64,000 nt of DNA from Octopus bimaculoides (GCF_001194135.2 NC_068986.1:5302460-5366459); one strand, 5' to 3'; positions 1 to 13,049 are shown, counted from the first letter of the stretch. Notes: generated by a model from the letters alone, not told the origin. Numbers and translations are program-made.

Positions 1-233
1 TGTGTGAAAAAGTGCCAAACCCTAACAGTTGAGGGAACCCGTGGAAGAGGTAGGCCCAGGAAGACCTGGGATGAGGTGGTGAAGCATGACCTTTGAACTT
101 TAGGCCTCACCGAGGCAATGGCCAGTGACCGGGACCTTTGGAAATATGCAGTACGTGAGAAGACCCGGTAATGCAAGTGAGAGCATAATCTGTGACCTCT
201 GCCAGAAGTGTAGCCAGCTCACTAATTCATATC
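1..233 (+). mobile_element. RTE-clade LINE, 3' end of ORF2 and start of 3' UTR (interrupted at 234 by a solo LTR)
   Basis: Frame 1 reads CVKKCQTLTVEGTRGRGRPRKTWDEVVKHDL*TLGLTEAMASDRDLWKYAV, the typical RTE ORF2 C-terminus (GRGRPRKTW...DR..W), with an in-frame stop. Confidence 0.85.
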
Positions 234-1286
234 TGTAAGAACGACCGTGCGAACCCAAAAGGAGAAATGGTGACAAATGGAAAAACAAGTTCCTTTATTA
301 TAATGCGTTACACGGTCGAACACAAAATATATCAAAATGATAAATATATGTTATACTTCGATAACATAGAGAATTCGTAAATGCCAGTAAGGAAGACGAT
401 AGGACTCAACCGATAGAGATGAATAACAGTAAGATTTATTGTAGCATTAAATTGTATGTCTGTGTGTGAGTGAATGCGACATAATGAAACACAATAAGAG
501 ACAGGCCGTCATGTAAACAAAAGAGTGTGTGTGAGTAATACATGTATGTGTATGCGAGAGATACATAGTATAGAAAAGAGTCAGTAACACGTATAAGAAT
601 TTAAGATACCAGTTCTTTGAGTACACAGTGGTTAGTGTCTGTATATAAGAAGTTAAGGCGTGTGGGGCAGAGCGATCACTAGTTGTGATGTTGTGGCTTC
701 TATGCCAAGCCGGGTTCTTGAGTAGATGTTCTTCGCAGGCTAAATTCTGGCTGTTAATTATCGCGGTGAAGAAATCACACAAACTGGGTTAGAAGTGCTG
801 CAGTTAGCTGTTGGTAGCTTGTGTACGTGTAGAGTCATGTTGACGCTGTTGGGGACGCTGGTAGTCGTAAGAGTCGGGTTGCTGCTGGCGACGTCAGGGT
901 CGATGCTTGTAGTTCGTAGTTGTACGATGGTGTTGATGTCATCGCTGGAAACTGGTTGCTGCTGTTTTATGCGTGTGTGGTCAGCGCCGGCCAGATCTAG
1001 GATCTGAGGCACGACGAATTTGCTGGGTATAATCTAGGCTATTTATAGCTGAAGGTAGGCTCCAGAGAAGCATTAGAAAAATACTATCACGTGACCTTAT
1101 TAGGGGTTACGGTTGGTCAGTTGCGTCCTGAGGCAAATGGGTGGAGATAATTTACCCGCGCAAAGAAATTGTCAGTCAGGTGATGACAGGGAATGAGTTG
1201 CTTTCTACTACGCTCATGTCTGTCAATATTTATAGTGAGAGAAGATGGTTTGTTTGTGTATAATGGCGATAGAAGTGTTCACTACA
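234..1286 (-). mobile_element. Solo LTR (1053 bp, probably Gypsy-type)
   Basis: Termini TGTAAG...CTACA (TG...CA). A 4-bp TSD TATC sits at 230-233 and 1287-1290. The minus strand has TATAAATA (1040-1047) upstream of AATAAA (435-440). The flanks rejoin into the RTE 3' UTR. Confidence 0.8.
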
Positions 1287-1290
1287 TATC

Positions 1291-1951
1291 TTTACTTCAT
1301 TGGACACTAAAAACCCTGCTTGCGAAGACCTGCTGAGGTAAATGAATTTGGAATTTGAAATCTGAAATCGAAATTGAACCGAATCCAACAACTGGCACCC
1401 ATGCCAACCTCTACTTCATTGGACACTAAACTCTGCTTGCGAAGACCTGATGGGGCAAGTGAAATCGTAATTGAACCATACTCAAATGACTGGCACCTGC
1501 GCCAGTGGAGCACTAACAGCACTGTCCGAGCGTGTGCATTGCCAGAGCAGCTGTCTGGCTTCCATGCTAATAACCCGTAAATAGCACCATTTAAGCATAA
1601 TCGTTACCAGCATTGCCTTCTAGCACTTGTGCTGGTGGCATGTTAGAAAATCATTCGAGCGAGGGAACCAGTGCCGCTGGACTGGTTCCCATGCAGGTGG
1701 CATGTAAAAAACACGTTTTTGAGCATGGCCATTGCCAGTACCGTGTAACTGGCCCTCACGCTGGTGGCATGTAAAAGCACCCACTACATTCTTGGAGTGG
1801 TTGGCGTTAGGAAGGGCATCCAGCTGTAGAAACTCTGCCAAATCAGATTGGAGCCTGGTGCAGCCTTTTGGCTTGACAGTCCTCAGTCAAATCGTCCAAC
1901 CCATGCCAGCATGGAAAGCGGACGTTAAACGATGATGATGATGATGATGAA
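1291..1951 (+). mobile_element. RTE LINE 3' UTR/tail ending in (GAT)n
   Basis: Two ~119-bp-spaced copies of ttcattggacactaaa..ctgcttgcgaagacctg, then the conserved tail ...gaagggcatccagctgtagaaac...catgccagcatggaaagcggacgttaaac(gat)n. Colinear with the minus-strand RTE at 31682-32935. Confidence 0.85.
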
Positions 1952-2169
1952 CAGTCTGAGCTGGCGCTCCCAAATCATACAAGTAACAGAATGCATCTCA
2001 GTTCCTGAATAGAGTCATCGGTTGGAAAAGAAATCCGACCATTGGTAACACATAATCATGTGAAGCATCCTGGTACTGTGAGTATATAAGAAAAGTGTAA
2101 CGTGTGTGTGTGTGTGTGTGTGTGCGTGCGTGCATGCGTGCGTGTGTGTGTGTGTGTGTTGCAGAGGTT

Positions 2170-3300
2170 AAGAGGTTTCCCACAAATAAATTTATGTTAA
2201 AAACAAAAACAAGAAAATATATTAAGAACTTTACTATGGACGAAAGCAAGAAATTATTTATACTTTTATCAAAATATGCTACTAGTTTCAATCACTTAAA
2301 AGACAATTTAGTCATAGGACCCAGGAATATACCAACAAATGGTGAATGCAGTAACAGGCAACAACAGCACATGCTCCAACATATAAAGAAAGTAGATTTA
2401 AGCAAGTTTAATTAAATTAATATTTCATATCAGTTATGGAAGTTCACATGTTTTTATACAATAATCACATTGTGCTGATGTTCCATTGCCATCTGATTGT
2501 TGCTGAGTCATAGTTTATGGTAGCAGCAGTAGGTGTGGTTGTCTGTAAGGACAGCAGCAGCAGAAATGTTAATGGCTGTTGTAGTTGTTTTGCAATAGGG
2601 TTGGTATTTTTGCCTGGTATTTACTATTTTGCAGGTAGCTTTTGTTTATCAGTTTTCCTATTTTGGGGCTCTGTAAGAGTATTGATAGGTTTGATTGTAT
2701 AATGTGGAAAATATTGATTATTCCAGGGTAGTATGCTCAAGGAACAACCCAGACTTCCAAAAAACAACAGAGCTACACTTCATTAAGAAGTTCTCCCCAA
2801 AATTAAACACATGAAAAAAGGCAACATTTAGAAATATGTGAAGGAAAATTCAAAGTTCCAAAAGGTAATGGAACTATACTTCACAAAAAAAGTCAACAAA
2901 AATTAACATAACTATATACTTTTTGAAATTCCACCTATGTGAATTCTATATGAATTTGGTTGTATATATGTTGAAGATGATCTCAAACCATTGCTAAAAA
3001 CTTTTAACCACATTGTTGTTGGACCACATTGTTGTAGTGAATGTATAGTGCACTCAAAAATCACTCTTTTGAAAACTAGAATTTCAACCCAAAAAAGTCG
3101 ACCACATCCATATAGCTATTCTTTAATGAATACAAAAGAACAAGACCTGGAAAAGCAATTATAATTTTTACTGAAGAAAGTCAAAAACAATATCTGGTTT
3201 TTCAATTAAAACCTTGACCAATTCAAATACAAAAGTTCTTTTTCCTTCTCCACCTTAAAAGGCCACTAAGTACTAAACAAACAAGTCTGAACATACTACT
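2170..3300. mobile_element. Highly decayed Penelope-like fragments
   Basis: Short peptide remnants resembling the GIY-YIG C-terminus (ELHFIKKFSPKLN, HLEICEGKFKV) in broken frames. Confidence 0.35.
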
Positions 3301-3638
3301 ACGAAAGCCATGCCTCTTTACCCCGCCTCCTTCTCAGGAAATTTTTTCGTCTTTCTTCTCCCTTGCTTGGTAAACCCCACAAATTTTTTGTATATAAAAA
3401 GGCCAAGAAATCTAACTTTAAACCACTTTTTTTAAAGAAAACGCTAAAATTGTAAATAAAATGTAAATAAAAAATGTATATAATCATCCAACATTCTGAC
3501 TACTTTATTATTCTAAATATATATGTGCTCAGGTGGGCTGCTGTATCCTTGGCACCTGTATGAACTTTTGCTACCCTGGTAACTATTTATTTAGTTTTTC
3601 CTTGTGGCTTATATATATTGAAAAAATACATGTACATT

Positions 3639-3674
<36 letters not shown>

Positions 3675-3689
3675 AAATTTACAAAAATC

Positions 3690-4860
3690 AAAAGGCAAAG
3701 ACGTGTGTGTAAACAACAAACAAATGTATTAGTTTAACGCTCAGGAAGTGAGAAAGTCTTTTACATTTCGAGCCTACACCCTTTGACAGAAAGGAACACA
3801 GAAAGAAACAGAGAGAGAAAATAAAAAAAGGTTTAGTGGCTAGCGATCTACCATGGCGAATGCCGGACAGAGGGGTCACACAGGAGAGCTAGGAAGAAGG
3901 GGAGATAATAAAGTAGTCATGATCTCAAAACGGAGGTGCACGTATGTGTGGATGTAAGATTGTGTATGTGTGTGTGGAAGGGGGCTGATGACATTGACAT
4001 GTGCATGTGTCCATGTGTAGGTGTGTGGATGATGGTGTAGGTGCTGGGAAGTGGTCAGTGCTAGTGTGTGCGGGGTGATGTGATGTGGTGTGGTGTGGTA
4101 TGGTGGTGTTGGGTATGGGGGAAGCGAGAATGGAGNNNNNNNNNNNNNNNNNNNNNNNNNNNNNNNNNNNNNNNNNNNNNNNNNNNNNNNNNNNNNNNNN
4201 NNNNNNNNNNNNNNNNNNNNNNNNNNNNNNNNNNNNNNNNNNNNNNNNNNNNNNNNNNNNNNNNNNNNNNNNNNNNNNNNNNNNNCCCATACAGCCCCTC
4301 CTGGTGAGGGATCATCATGTATAGACTCTTGATGTCAAGAGTGAAGAGAAGTTTATAGGGGCCAGGAGGGAAGGAGAAAGAGTTGAACAGATGAAGAGCA
4401 TGGTTGGTGTCATGGATTTGAGAGAGGAGGGAAGCCACTTGGGGGGCAAGGACATGGTCAAGATATCTGGAGATGAGTTCGTTGGGACAGTTGCAAGCAG
4501 AAACGATGGGGCGGCCAGGGTTGTTAGGTTTGTGGATTTTGGGGAGGAAGTAAATTGTGGGAGTGCAGACAATGAGGTTAGAAGCAGTGGGGAAGAGATG
4601 GGAGGAGGAGATGAGGTCAGGGATAGTGGAGGACACAGTCTGTTGGCAGCTGGGTGTGGGGTTGGAGGAAAGAGGGCAGTAGAAGGTGTCTTGAAGTTGG
4701 CAGAGAGCTTCCGCCTTATAGAGGCCCGCATGCCACACCACCATGGCTCCACCCTTGTCAGCTGGCGGTTTTATGATGATGTCCATGCGGCGTTGGAGAC
4801 ATTGAAGTGCCGAGAGTTCGGCTAGGGAGATGTTTAGATGTCGGGGATGCTAGGAAAAGT
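3690..4860 (-). mobile_element. Penelope-like element (RT N-terminal half, N gap, 3' terminal region)
   Basis: ORF 4061-4786 has IIIKP(P)ADKGGAMVVW, YFLPKIHKPNNPGRPIVSACNCP and LLFTLDIKSLYMMIPH, which are PLE reverse-transcriptase motifs. The terminal region carries a hammerhead-like motif at 3758-3793. Confidence 0.85.
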
Positions 4861-4861
4861 C

Positions 4862-5106
4862 AAACCGGTCCACAGCACACAGGCAGGCGCCCACAAAAAG
4901 ATAAGATCGGCTGCTTGGAACTGGCCACATAAATAGCACCTACTACACTCTTGGAGTGGTTGGCATTAGGAAGGGCATCCAGCTGTAGAAAAATTGCCAG
5001 ATCAGATTGGAGCCTGATGCAGCCGCTCGTTCTCCAGACCTCAGTCACACCGTCCAACTCCATGCCACCATGGAAAAGGGACGTTAAATGATGATGATGA
5101 TGATGA
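4862..5106 (+). mobile_element. 5'-truncated RTE 3' tail
   Basis: Matches the 1750-1951 tail and ends in (GAT)n. Confidence 0.8.
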
Positions 5107-5661
5107 AGGAAAATAGGACAAAGTAGAAAATGCAAAAATAATTTTTTGAAGAATATTTTAGTGCTGGTTTCAGTCTGCATGAAAGACAATTAAATTGTGG
5201 AAAAATTAAATTAAATGTTTTAAAAATATTTCCATGTTTTTCAAATACATGGTACATTTTCCTTTTTTCTGTTTTTCTCTCTTTTTTACTTTTGTGAAGG
5301 CTCAGCAGATAGGTAGTGTTTGAAGGAATATTAAATATTCCTTCAGACCTGCTACTACTTATTTTCTTTATACATATCAATTCGTGTGTTACTTTTCAAC
5401 CTTCTACACACACACACACAGCCCGGATAATTATTTATTAATAAACGACATTGCATTGATATTGTACTTATTCTCTTATCAACAACAGGACGAACATTTG
5501 AATAAAACCAATATGGATTACATAAGAGTATTTAATGGGACAAGTAAAACAAACAAAAAAATTAAAATTCTGTTGAAGGGAGATAACAGATATTCTCTAT
5601 AAATGTGAGTAACGAAAGGGTGATGTCAACAAGTCAATATTGGCAAGTTGTTATTTCTTAA

Positions 5662-5889
5662 ATGATGGCCAATAAATCGAATCCGTTTTTCGATGATGAC
5701 GAACTCGATGCCGAATTTTTAAAAGGTTCCAGGCACCCAAACAGAAACCAGTTTGGATATGACAATGATGAAAGCCCACACCAACTGTTATCGAAAGTAG
5801 AAGAATCAGAAATTAGACAACTTGAAAGTACTCGAAATGCTTTAGCATCCATTTATGATTCTGAACAAATGGGAATCGCCACTGCTGAA
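5662..5889 (+). CDS. SNAP29: SNAP29 coding exon 1
   Basis: MMANKSNPFFDDDE (N-terminal NPF motif) through LESTRNALASIYDSEQMGIATAE (start of the Qb SNARE motif). Phase-0 donor GAA|GTGAGT at 5890. Confidence 0.95.
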
Positions 5890-7967
5890 GTGAGTTTATT
5901 ACCTCAGTAATTTTACGTGTTTATTCTTTCAGTTGCGCTCACCTTAGATGATAAAATAGATTCTGATACATTGATTTTTTTTCTAGGAATCGAAAAATTA
6001 CCCCTACTTGACAAGGTTCGTACATTTGTCATAAACATGTCTTCGAAACGAGAAGTATAAAACAATTCTGAAATCCGGTCAGGACTAAACAAAATTTTAT
6101 GTAAACAGCTAAACATTTTAATTATAAATCCATACTTGTTTAATTTACAAATATTATGACAGATATGTTATTTTGACAACTTTTTTGTCCAGCGTATGTT
6201 ATTTCTCATTACATCAGTTGTTTCTTGATTCGGTGATATGTAGTAACATGCAACTAAGCAATAGTGGAATTTCTTCCGGCTGTTCACGTTCTGTGTTTAA
6301 ATTCCGCCGATGACTTAACTTTTTGATGTTTTAGAGATCGATAAATTAGGTACCAATCGAGCACTGAAATTGATGTAATCAACGAACCTCCTCCATCAAA
6401 AACCGTTAATCTTGTGTTATTTTAGGTTAAACAACTATTATTTTATGCAGGTGGAGGTGTCAAAAGAAACCTTATTTAGGCGATCTTGAAGTATAACGTA
6501 CCATTTATTTTGTCAAACTTTAATGGTTACTATTTTACCTCACGAGATATTTTCGAAAAATAATAGTCGATTGTCCATATAATTGAACCCTCCCAGTGCT
6601 GATACCTGGAAATGGTTTCATTTGCACACACATAACTGACAAACAAATCGACTATTATGTTTTTAAATTTAATTTAGTAGGGATTCATCGGCTCAATATT
6701 TTTAATATCCGGAGAATATTTCTTATTTTTTACACACACACACACGCAAAGTTGTATTAATTAATCTATTAGCAGTTGACTTGTTTTAATCAAATGACTT
6801 ATGTAACAAGAAGCCAAAAAAAAAACTTGTTTGAACCACCCTATGTAATATTAGGACTGGGGTCAAGTGATAGTATTGTTTATATTCTTAGCACTTTAAT
6901 AGGCCAGACATTTTAAAATGTCATTGTTTACAACATACTGTTCTACTTACTATTAATTAATTAGATTGATAGTGTCAAACAACCTTATCTCTACCCTTCT
7001 ATATCGTTTACATCAATGTTCCAGTTTCTTCTGAAAATAATGCATTAAAAAAGACGATAACGTTGACAACTCGACTAATTAATTGCATTACATATTTAGC
7101 ATAATTTGGAGATCATTTTCTTTTTCCTTTTTATCATTATTAAAAGAAAAAGAACTCTTCTTATATATAATATTGACCCTCACTAATTCGGTAAATGTAG
7201 TGTTAGAATAAGGAGTTTGTCGGATCAATAGCGACCACTTCATCATATCTTTAAAATACCCAGTAAAGGGGAAAGAAACGTTAAATAAAAAGAAGGGAAA
7301 TTTTTAATGAAAAACTAGTAAAATGCAGGATACAGATTCAGTAATTCTGCTGACATAGGGCTTACATACTTAAAAACAGGAACTTACAACTAACTAGTTT
7401 ATATATCACGATGTGAAAGCTGTCAATTCGTTCATCTTATTCATTTGAAAATATAACTGAAACGCCAGGAACTGATGATGAAACCAGTTTTGGATGTTTC
7501 TTATTATTCATTGTCTTCTTAATACACATCTTTGATGTGCTGTTAGCAAAGAACTAGAGCAATTCTTTTGTTTCTATATATCATACAATGTCAGAGAGCC
7601 AATGTGTAGTTCACATAAGCTTCTCACAATCAGCTGTTCTTTTCAAAAGTTCATGTTTTTCTCTGATGGACACAATGGATAGTGTTTGTGTGTTTACACA
7701 AGAAGCAGATATGCATTTGAACCATGTTTAGAGCTAAATGTGACCCAATTATAATAATGAATTCTTATAAAGGCACAAGGGTAAGAACTGTCAATCCTGT
7801 TACTCCTACTTCCAAGACTTAGCTGAAACATATTTCATCCATCCTAAAAGATGAAATGTAATGTCAGTCTAGCTGGGATTTGAGCTCAAAACAAAGATTG
7901 TAACAAAATACTACAAAGCACTTTGGCCACTGGTCTAACAATTCTGTCAATCCACTATGGGTTATAA

Positions 7968-8287
7968 CAGGCCTAGCTAACTTGAATTTCATTGCGGGCC
8001 ACTTTAATTGCAGAAAGTTTTTTGAGGGCCACTTGTATACTGACAGAATTGAAAGCATTTTGCTTTCTCATGTTATTATTACAATAATGATTGTTGATTA
8101 AACGTGAAATATTATCATTGCAAAAACAGAAGTATCTTTCTTTTTTTACTTTTCATTGTAATCTTTAATTTTTGATGAAATTTTAAAAATGTTTAAATAA
8201 ACCCATTTCAAGAAAGCATCAAGCAGGCCACAAGATAAAAGTCTGCAGGCTGCATGCAGCCTGTGGGCCTCAGGTTGGCCAGCCTTG
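7968..8287. mobile_element. hAT-type MITE (320 bp)
   Basis: Imperfect 14-bp TIRs CAGGCCTAGCTAAC / GTTGGCCAGCCTTG. Perfect 8-bp TSD GGTTATAA at 7960-7967 and 8288-8295. Confidence 0.85.
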
Positions 8288-9799
8288 GGTTATAATAATA
8301 TATGCAGAAAAACCCAGTAGAAATGATTTTCCTGTGTTTACAAGTTTGCTCCAAAAACACATTTGTGATAATTGAATACATACATACATACAGCAAGCAA
8401 GCAATTGGACTAGGCTCCCTGTTTGTTTGACAATCACTTTGCAATGCATATTGCATGCATTTTATCATAGCACCAGCACTTGATAAATTGCCTTGTCTTT
8501 AGCAACACTAAAATATTCTTTCTTCTCTACATTTGTGCTTGTTTATTCAAGGAAGTATATCCTCCTAGAGAGTGAATAGGAATGTGCAGACTACAGCAAG
8601 AGTGTAGTACAAGGGAATAGAGATAGGTGATAGAGAATACACTATTGGAAAAGACAGTGATAACTTATCACTGATAAGCAACAACAAGATGGTTGCTGGT
8701 AAGCTGAGCCATGGAGTCGGTACATTAAAAACTTTGACTCATTATTTTATTGTTGGAACTCCCAGTTTCAACTCTTCTTGTAATTAAAATATAAAAGAAA
8801 TAAGCTATAAAAGAAAATCAGGAATATCTTTGCTTATCACTTCAAAAATCTGAAGTACATCAAAGGTGAAACTAAAACACTAAACACTCAAAGTAACTTA
8901 AGAAATGACTAATTTAAAAGAAACAAACGTGTTCAGATACATAGCCTTCTCTTTTTGAGATGAAAGCTTTGTCTTAATGTAAAATTTAAATAAATGTAAC
9001 ATGAAAGATTACATTAAATGAAATAAAAATTATATCATGAAGATAGAAAACATCTTTTCAAATTGAATAAACAAACATATCTATAGAATAGAGGTTAAAT
9101 AAAATGACTGGAGCCAAAGCTGGTACATTTGTACTGATTCCAGTCCAACAATTTAATAATTACTTCTGACTCTGACTCCTCTGGCCTATTGGTAAGGAGA
9201 TTAAATAGAAAGGCAGCACAAATGGTATGGTGGTTGAGGGGGCAGTGAGTGAAAGGAGGGAAGTGGTGGTGGAAGAGGGAGTAATGGCGGTGAGAGAGTG
9301 TGTTGGTTATTAATAAAAAAAGGATGTTGGTAAGTGAGTAATTGGATATGAGCCAGTTCAGTGTTATCCCTCATTATAGAAACAATAGGAGAAAAGTGGA
9401 GTAATTAAACAGTGATGATATATTGATAGTTAAATACAGACAGATCCACATCCTAACATTCATCATCAACATTTTGTGTTCATTTTGCCATGCATGTGTA
9501 GGTAGATCTTCTCAAGCACCACATGTTGCCACATGTCTTAGTTTTTTGTCATTTCCTTCACAAGATTCAGTCTCTTGAGAGCAGTCTTTGCCAGTTTATC
9601 CTGTCTTCCTTGGTCTCCTTCTGTAACAGCTCCCATCATTTGGAACACTTGAACTTACTTTGTTCAACTGATATCTTTGATAGGCATTACATGCTCATGC
9701 AAACACAGTTTTCTCACTTCCTGTGTTTCTAAGTGGTGAAAATAACTAACAACAACCTCCTCCAACACTTTCAATCTTTCTCCCTTCTTAGTGACCACT

Positions 9800-10650
9800 A
9801 GTATGATTTTTTTAAAAACCAAATCTCCTGGAGACCTATTTTCATGTTATTCACCAGTGAGCTCTCATCAACAACAAACTGGTAAAAAGTATTGCTTCAT
9901 TCAACATCTGCAAGGCTTTTAATTGTGTTTGGCATGAGAATTTTTTTTATAAAAACGCCTGCTTGTGGATTCTCTCTGTTTCTCATCTGGATTCACGTCA
10001 GCACACACTATTGCAGTGTGTGCTGATCTTTCTGTGATTTTCACTCTATCCTCTCCAATCTACTTACCAGCACTACCAATATTACTCTCTTCTATGCATT
10101 CAAAACTTTCTATTCCCTAAACTCCTAACCCTAACCCTAACCCCATGATTAGTGACTTTAATAATTCCCCAGTGAGTTCATCCCCACTTTGTTTCCTTCA
10201 GTAGTGTGAAGAGACAATCTTTACACAGGAAGAAAACATGGCACCCACTTTCAACAAACTTGACAGGAACAGAAGCAGAATCTTCAAGGTTGCTACAAAT
10301 GCTTGGTCTCACCATCACTGAGGATTTCTCCTGATGAATATGGATATCTCACCATCACAAAAAACGGCATTCCTTTTCAGAGCCAGAACAAATATTCACC
10401 CTATAATAAGCTCAGGTGCAACGCGAAAGTGCCCTGTTCTTTCGTCTGGAACAGTGCTACTATTATTCACATAGATATCAGAGACTTCATGAAATCATTC
10501 ATTAACATTCTCTAACCTCTGCTTCATAGATGTGCTGTCTCATCCTTTTATCTTTTCCACTGAACTACAATGGTGTCTACTCTTCAGAGCTGGCTGGTTT
10601 CGTGCCACCTCCCAATTCACTTCCTTTCTTCTCTCATATTATGTGACCCT
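9800..10650 (+). mobile_element. Decayed LINE RT fragment (Jockey/CR1/I group)
   Basis: Remnant NICKAFNCVWHE (DISKAFDxVWH motif) near 9903-9940; all frames are broken. Confidence 0.5.
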
Positions 10651-10839
10651 GCACCAAGCCCCACATTAACCTTGACACTTATCCTCAGGAATTCCCTTCC
10701 TTGCACATCTTTCCTGCGTTAGGCGGCTTTGTAAATGCTGAGAAGGAACATAAACTGTATCAGTTTCCTCAGCCACAAGAAAACCTGTGTAGATCATGGG
10801 AATAACCCCTTCCTCCAGACCACGTGAAATCATAATTGT

Positions 10840-11020
10840 GGCTAGAGCACCCATGCCAGTGACAAGTAAAAGGCACCCAGTACACTTTGAGGAGTGGTTG
10901 GCATTAGAAAGGGCACCCAACCATAGAAACAAAGCCAAAATGGACCAGCACCCAGTTCCAGTCAAACTGTCTTACCCAGGCTAGCATGGAAAACAGAAGC
11001 TAAATAATGATGATGGTGAT
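10840..11020 (+). mobile_element. 5'-truncated RTE 3' tail (older copy)
   Basis: gagtggttggcattagaaagggcacc...catggaaaacagaagctaaataatgatgatg. Confidence 0.7.
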
Positions 11021-12017
11021 TAGGTTTCATATCATCTACGGAAAACATTACATTTGTTGTAAATGTCATTAAACAACTGGGAGTTACTGACTCTAATGTA
11101 TGAAATAAAATCAAAAGAATTTTGCTTCCTGGGAAGTACTATCCACTTCTACATTAGAATCTGAGTTTCAGAGAATGCAACAGTTGTTTGTAATTACCTC
11201 TGCTCCATAATAAATCATCCCATTACTCCATCTCTTTAGTTCTTTTCCTAGAACCACCAATGAGGATTGTTGAGGCAACCCTTATATGGAAACTCAATTT
11301 GCTAGATTGGATAATATAATCTGCAGTTATCTAGAAAATACGACAGGATTGTCACACTTGTTGGGGTTAAACAACATACTGTCACAATGAATATAATCAC
11401 AAAGTATCTGTATATGACTTTGGTGAAAGCTTTGGGGATTCACCATTAAATATAATTGGTTTTGATGAGCCAACAAAATAATATCTATGTGGTTAGCTGA
11501 CCTACTAGAAATAGCAGCCAATTCTCTTTTAAGCTGTTTTGTATTATTAAAAAAAAAAAAACGATACATTAGATTATGTTTTAAAAAAATGGGATGGTCA
11601 CAGCTGACTACAGTAAAGAACAAGGAGGCTATTGTTATGCTGTAATCTTGCCTCTTCAGGAGTCAGTAAATCAGAACTCCCAACTAATATTAATCTATTC
11701 CCTCTGAACTGTCAATAATTTCTGCTCTTTATTGATGGGACTAATTCAAATATCCATTTGTAATAGACTTTAAAGAGTAACTGACATTTATTGAATTAAT
11801 ATAGTCTGTAGCAGTACTGAATTGATATATTCTGTGACAGTATCATGTTGATCATCAGATACTTATAGAGTTTTCTGGAGTATTTTACCAACCATATTCT
11901 ACCAATCTTAAAATGAGAACATGAATGTTGAAAACAGTTGCAGAAATTCCAGATCATTTTGGCAATGAGTACAGAGATCAAACAACGAGAAATGACTCTA
12001 AAAATAATTGAAAAAGT

Positions 12018-12649
12018 GGCACTGTCATAGTATTAGCTGTCAGAAGTGAAAGTAGAACTGACAAGGAACGTTACTGCTGGTTTGAGTTGATTCTTTGGCT
12101 ACTGACTGACCGGAGCTATCTATCTGTCTGTCTGTCTGCCTATCTCACTATCTATATATATCTATCTATCTATCTATCTATCACTCGTTCACCTCTGTTT
12201 GTGTCCGTAAAATTTATCAAATTAGAAAACGCAAATTTAATATAAAAATATATTTTCTGAAATTAGAAATTATTTAAGATATAAAAATATAATTTTCAAT
12301 AGAGAGAATTTATCAAAATAGAAAACAAATGAAGTTTGAAGTTTAAAAATAATAGGATCGACCACTCACGACTAGCTAGCGCGGACGCGCAACTGCGCGT
12401 TCGGGACCACTCTGCTTTAGTAGTACCCTTATACTCTGTGTGTTTTCAAACGCATGGATATAGGTGTCAAATTTGTTCCAATAACTTTCGAGTGATAGAT
12501 AGAGAGAGAGAGACAGACAGACAGATAGCTCGCTCCGGCCAGTTATGGTATTAGCTGTCAGTAGCCAAAGAATCAACTCAAACCAGCAGTAACGTTCTTT
12601 GTCAGATTTTTCTACTTTCACTTCTGACAGCTAATACCATGACAGTGCC
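12018..12649. mobile_element. Non-autonomous long-TIR DNA element (Merlin-like or MULE-like foldback), 632 bp
   Basis: Termini GGCACTGTCA...TGACAGTGCC. TIR arms span about 12018-12187 and 12489-12649. Perfect 8-bp TSD GAAAAAGT at 12010-12017 and 12650-12657. Confidence 0.85.
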
Positions 12650-13049
12650 GAAAAAGTAGATCTGCAACTTAGGGCTGACTTGTGTTGGTCAGGTCTCAAA
12701 GCATCTCACTGCTTACTGCAGTCCTTCTTCATCACCTGGCACATATAGCAACACAGAAAAACTAACTCTGGTGTAGTGTATCATCATTTTTAGCATGGTT
12801 TTTATAACTGGATACCCTTCTTATCACCAAACCACTTTACATTATGGACTGGGTACATTTTATTGTGTCAGTAGCATACGGGATTTTGTCCCCAATAAGA
12901 ATAGACTGCTTTACCTTATGCTGTCTTGCATGTGTGTGTGTGTTTGTGTAAGAGAGAGAGTATATTTTGTATGTATATACATATATAAATTAGTTGAAAG
13001 ACTAATGTGGTTGCTGTTTAGGTTGAATATTCCTTGGTTAATATGAGCA

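Noticed and set aside
10115-10143. Telomere-like (CCCTAA)n
   Set aside because: Only about three units inside a decayed LINE; too short to imply an interstitial telomere.
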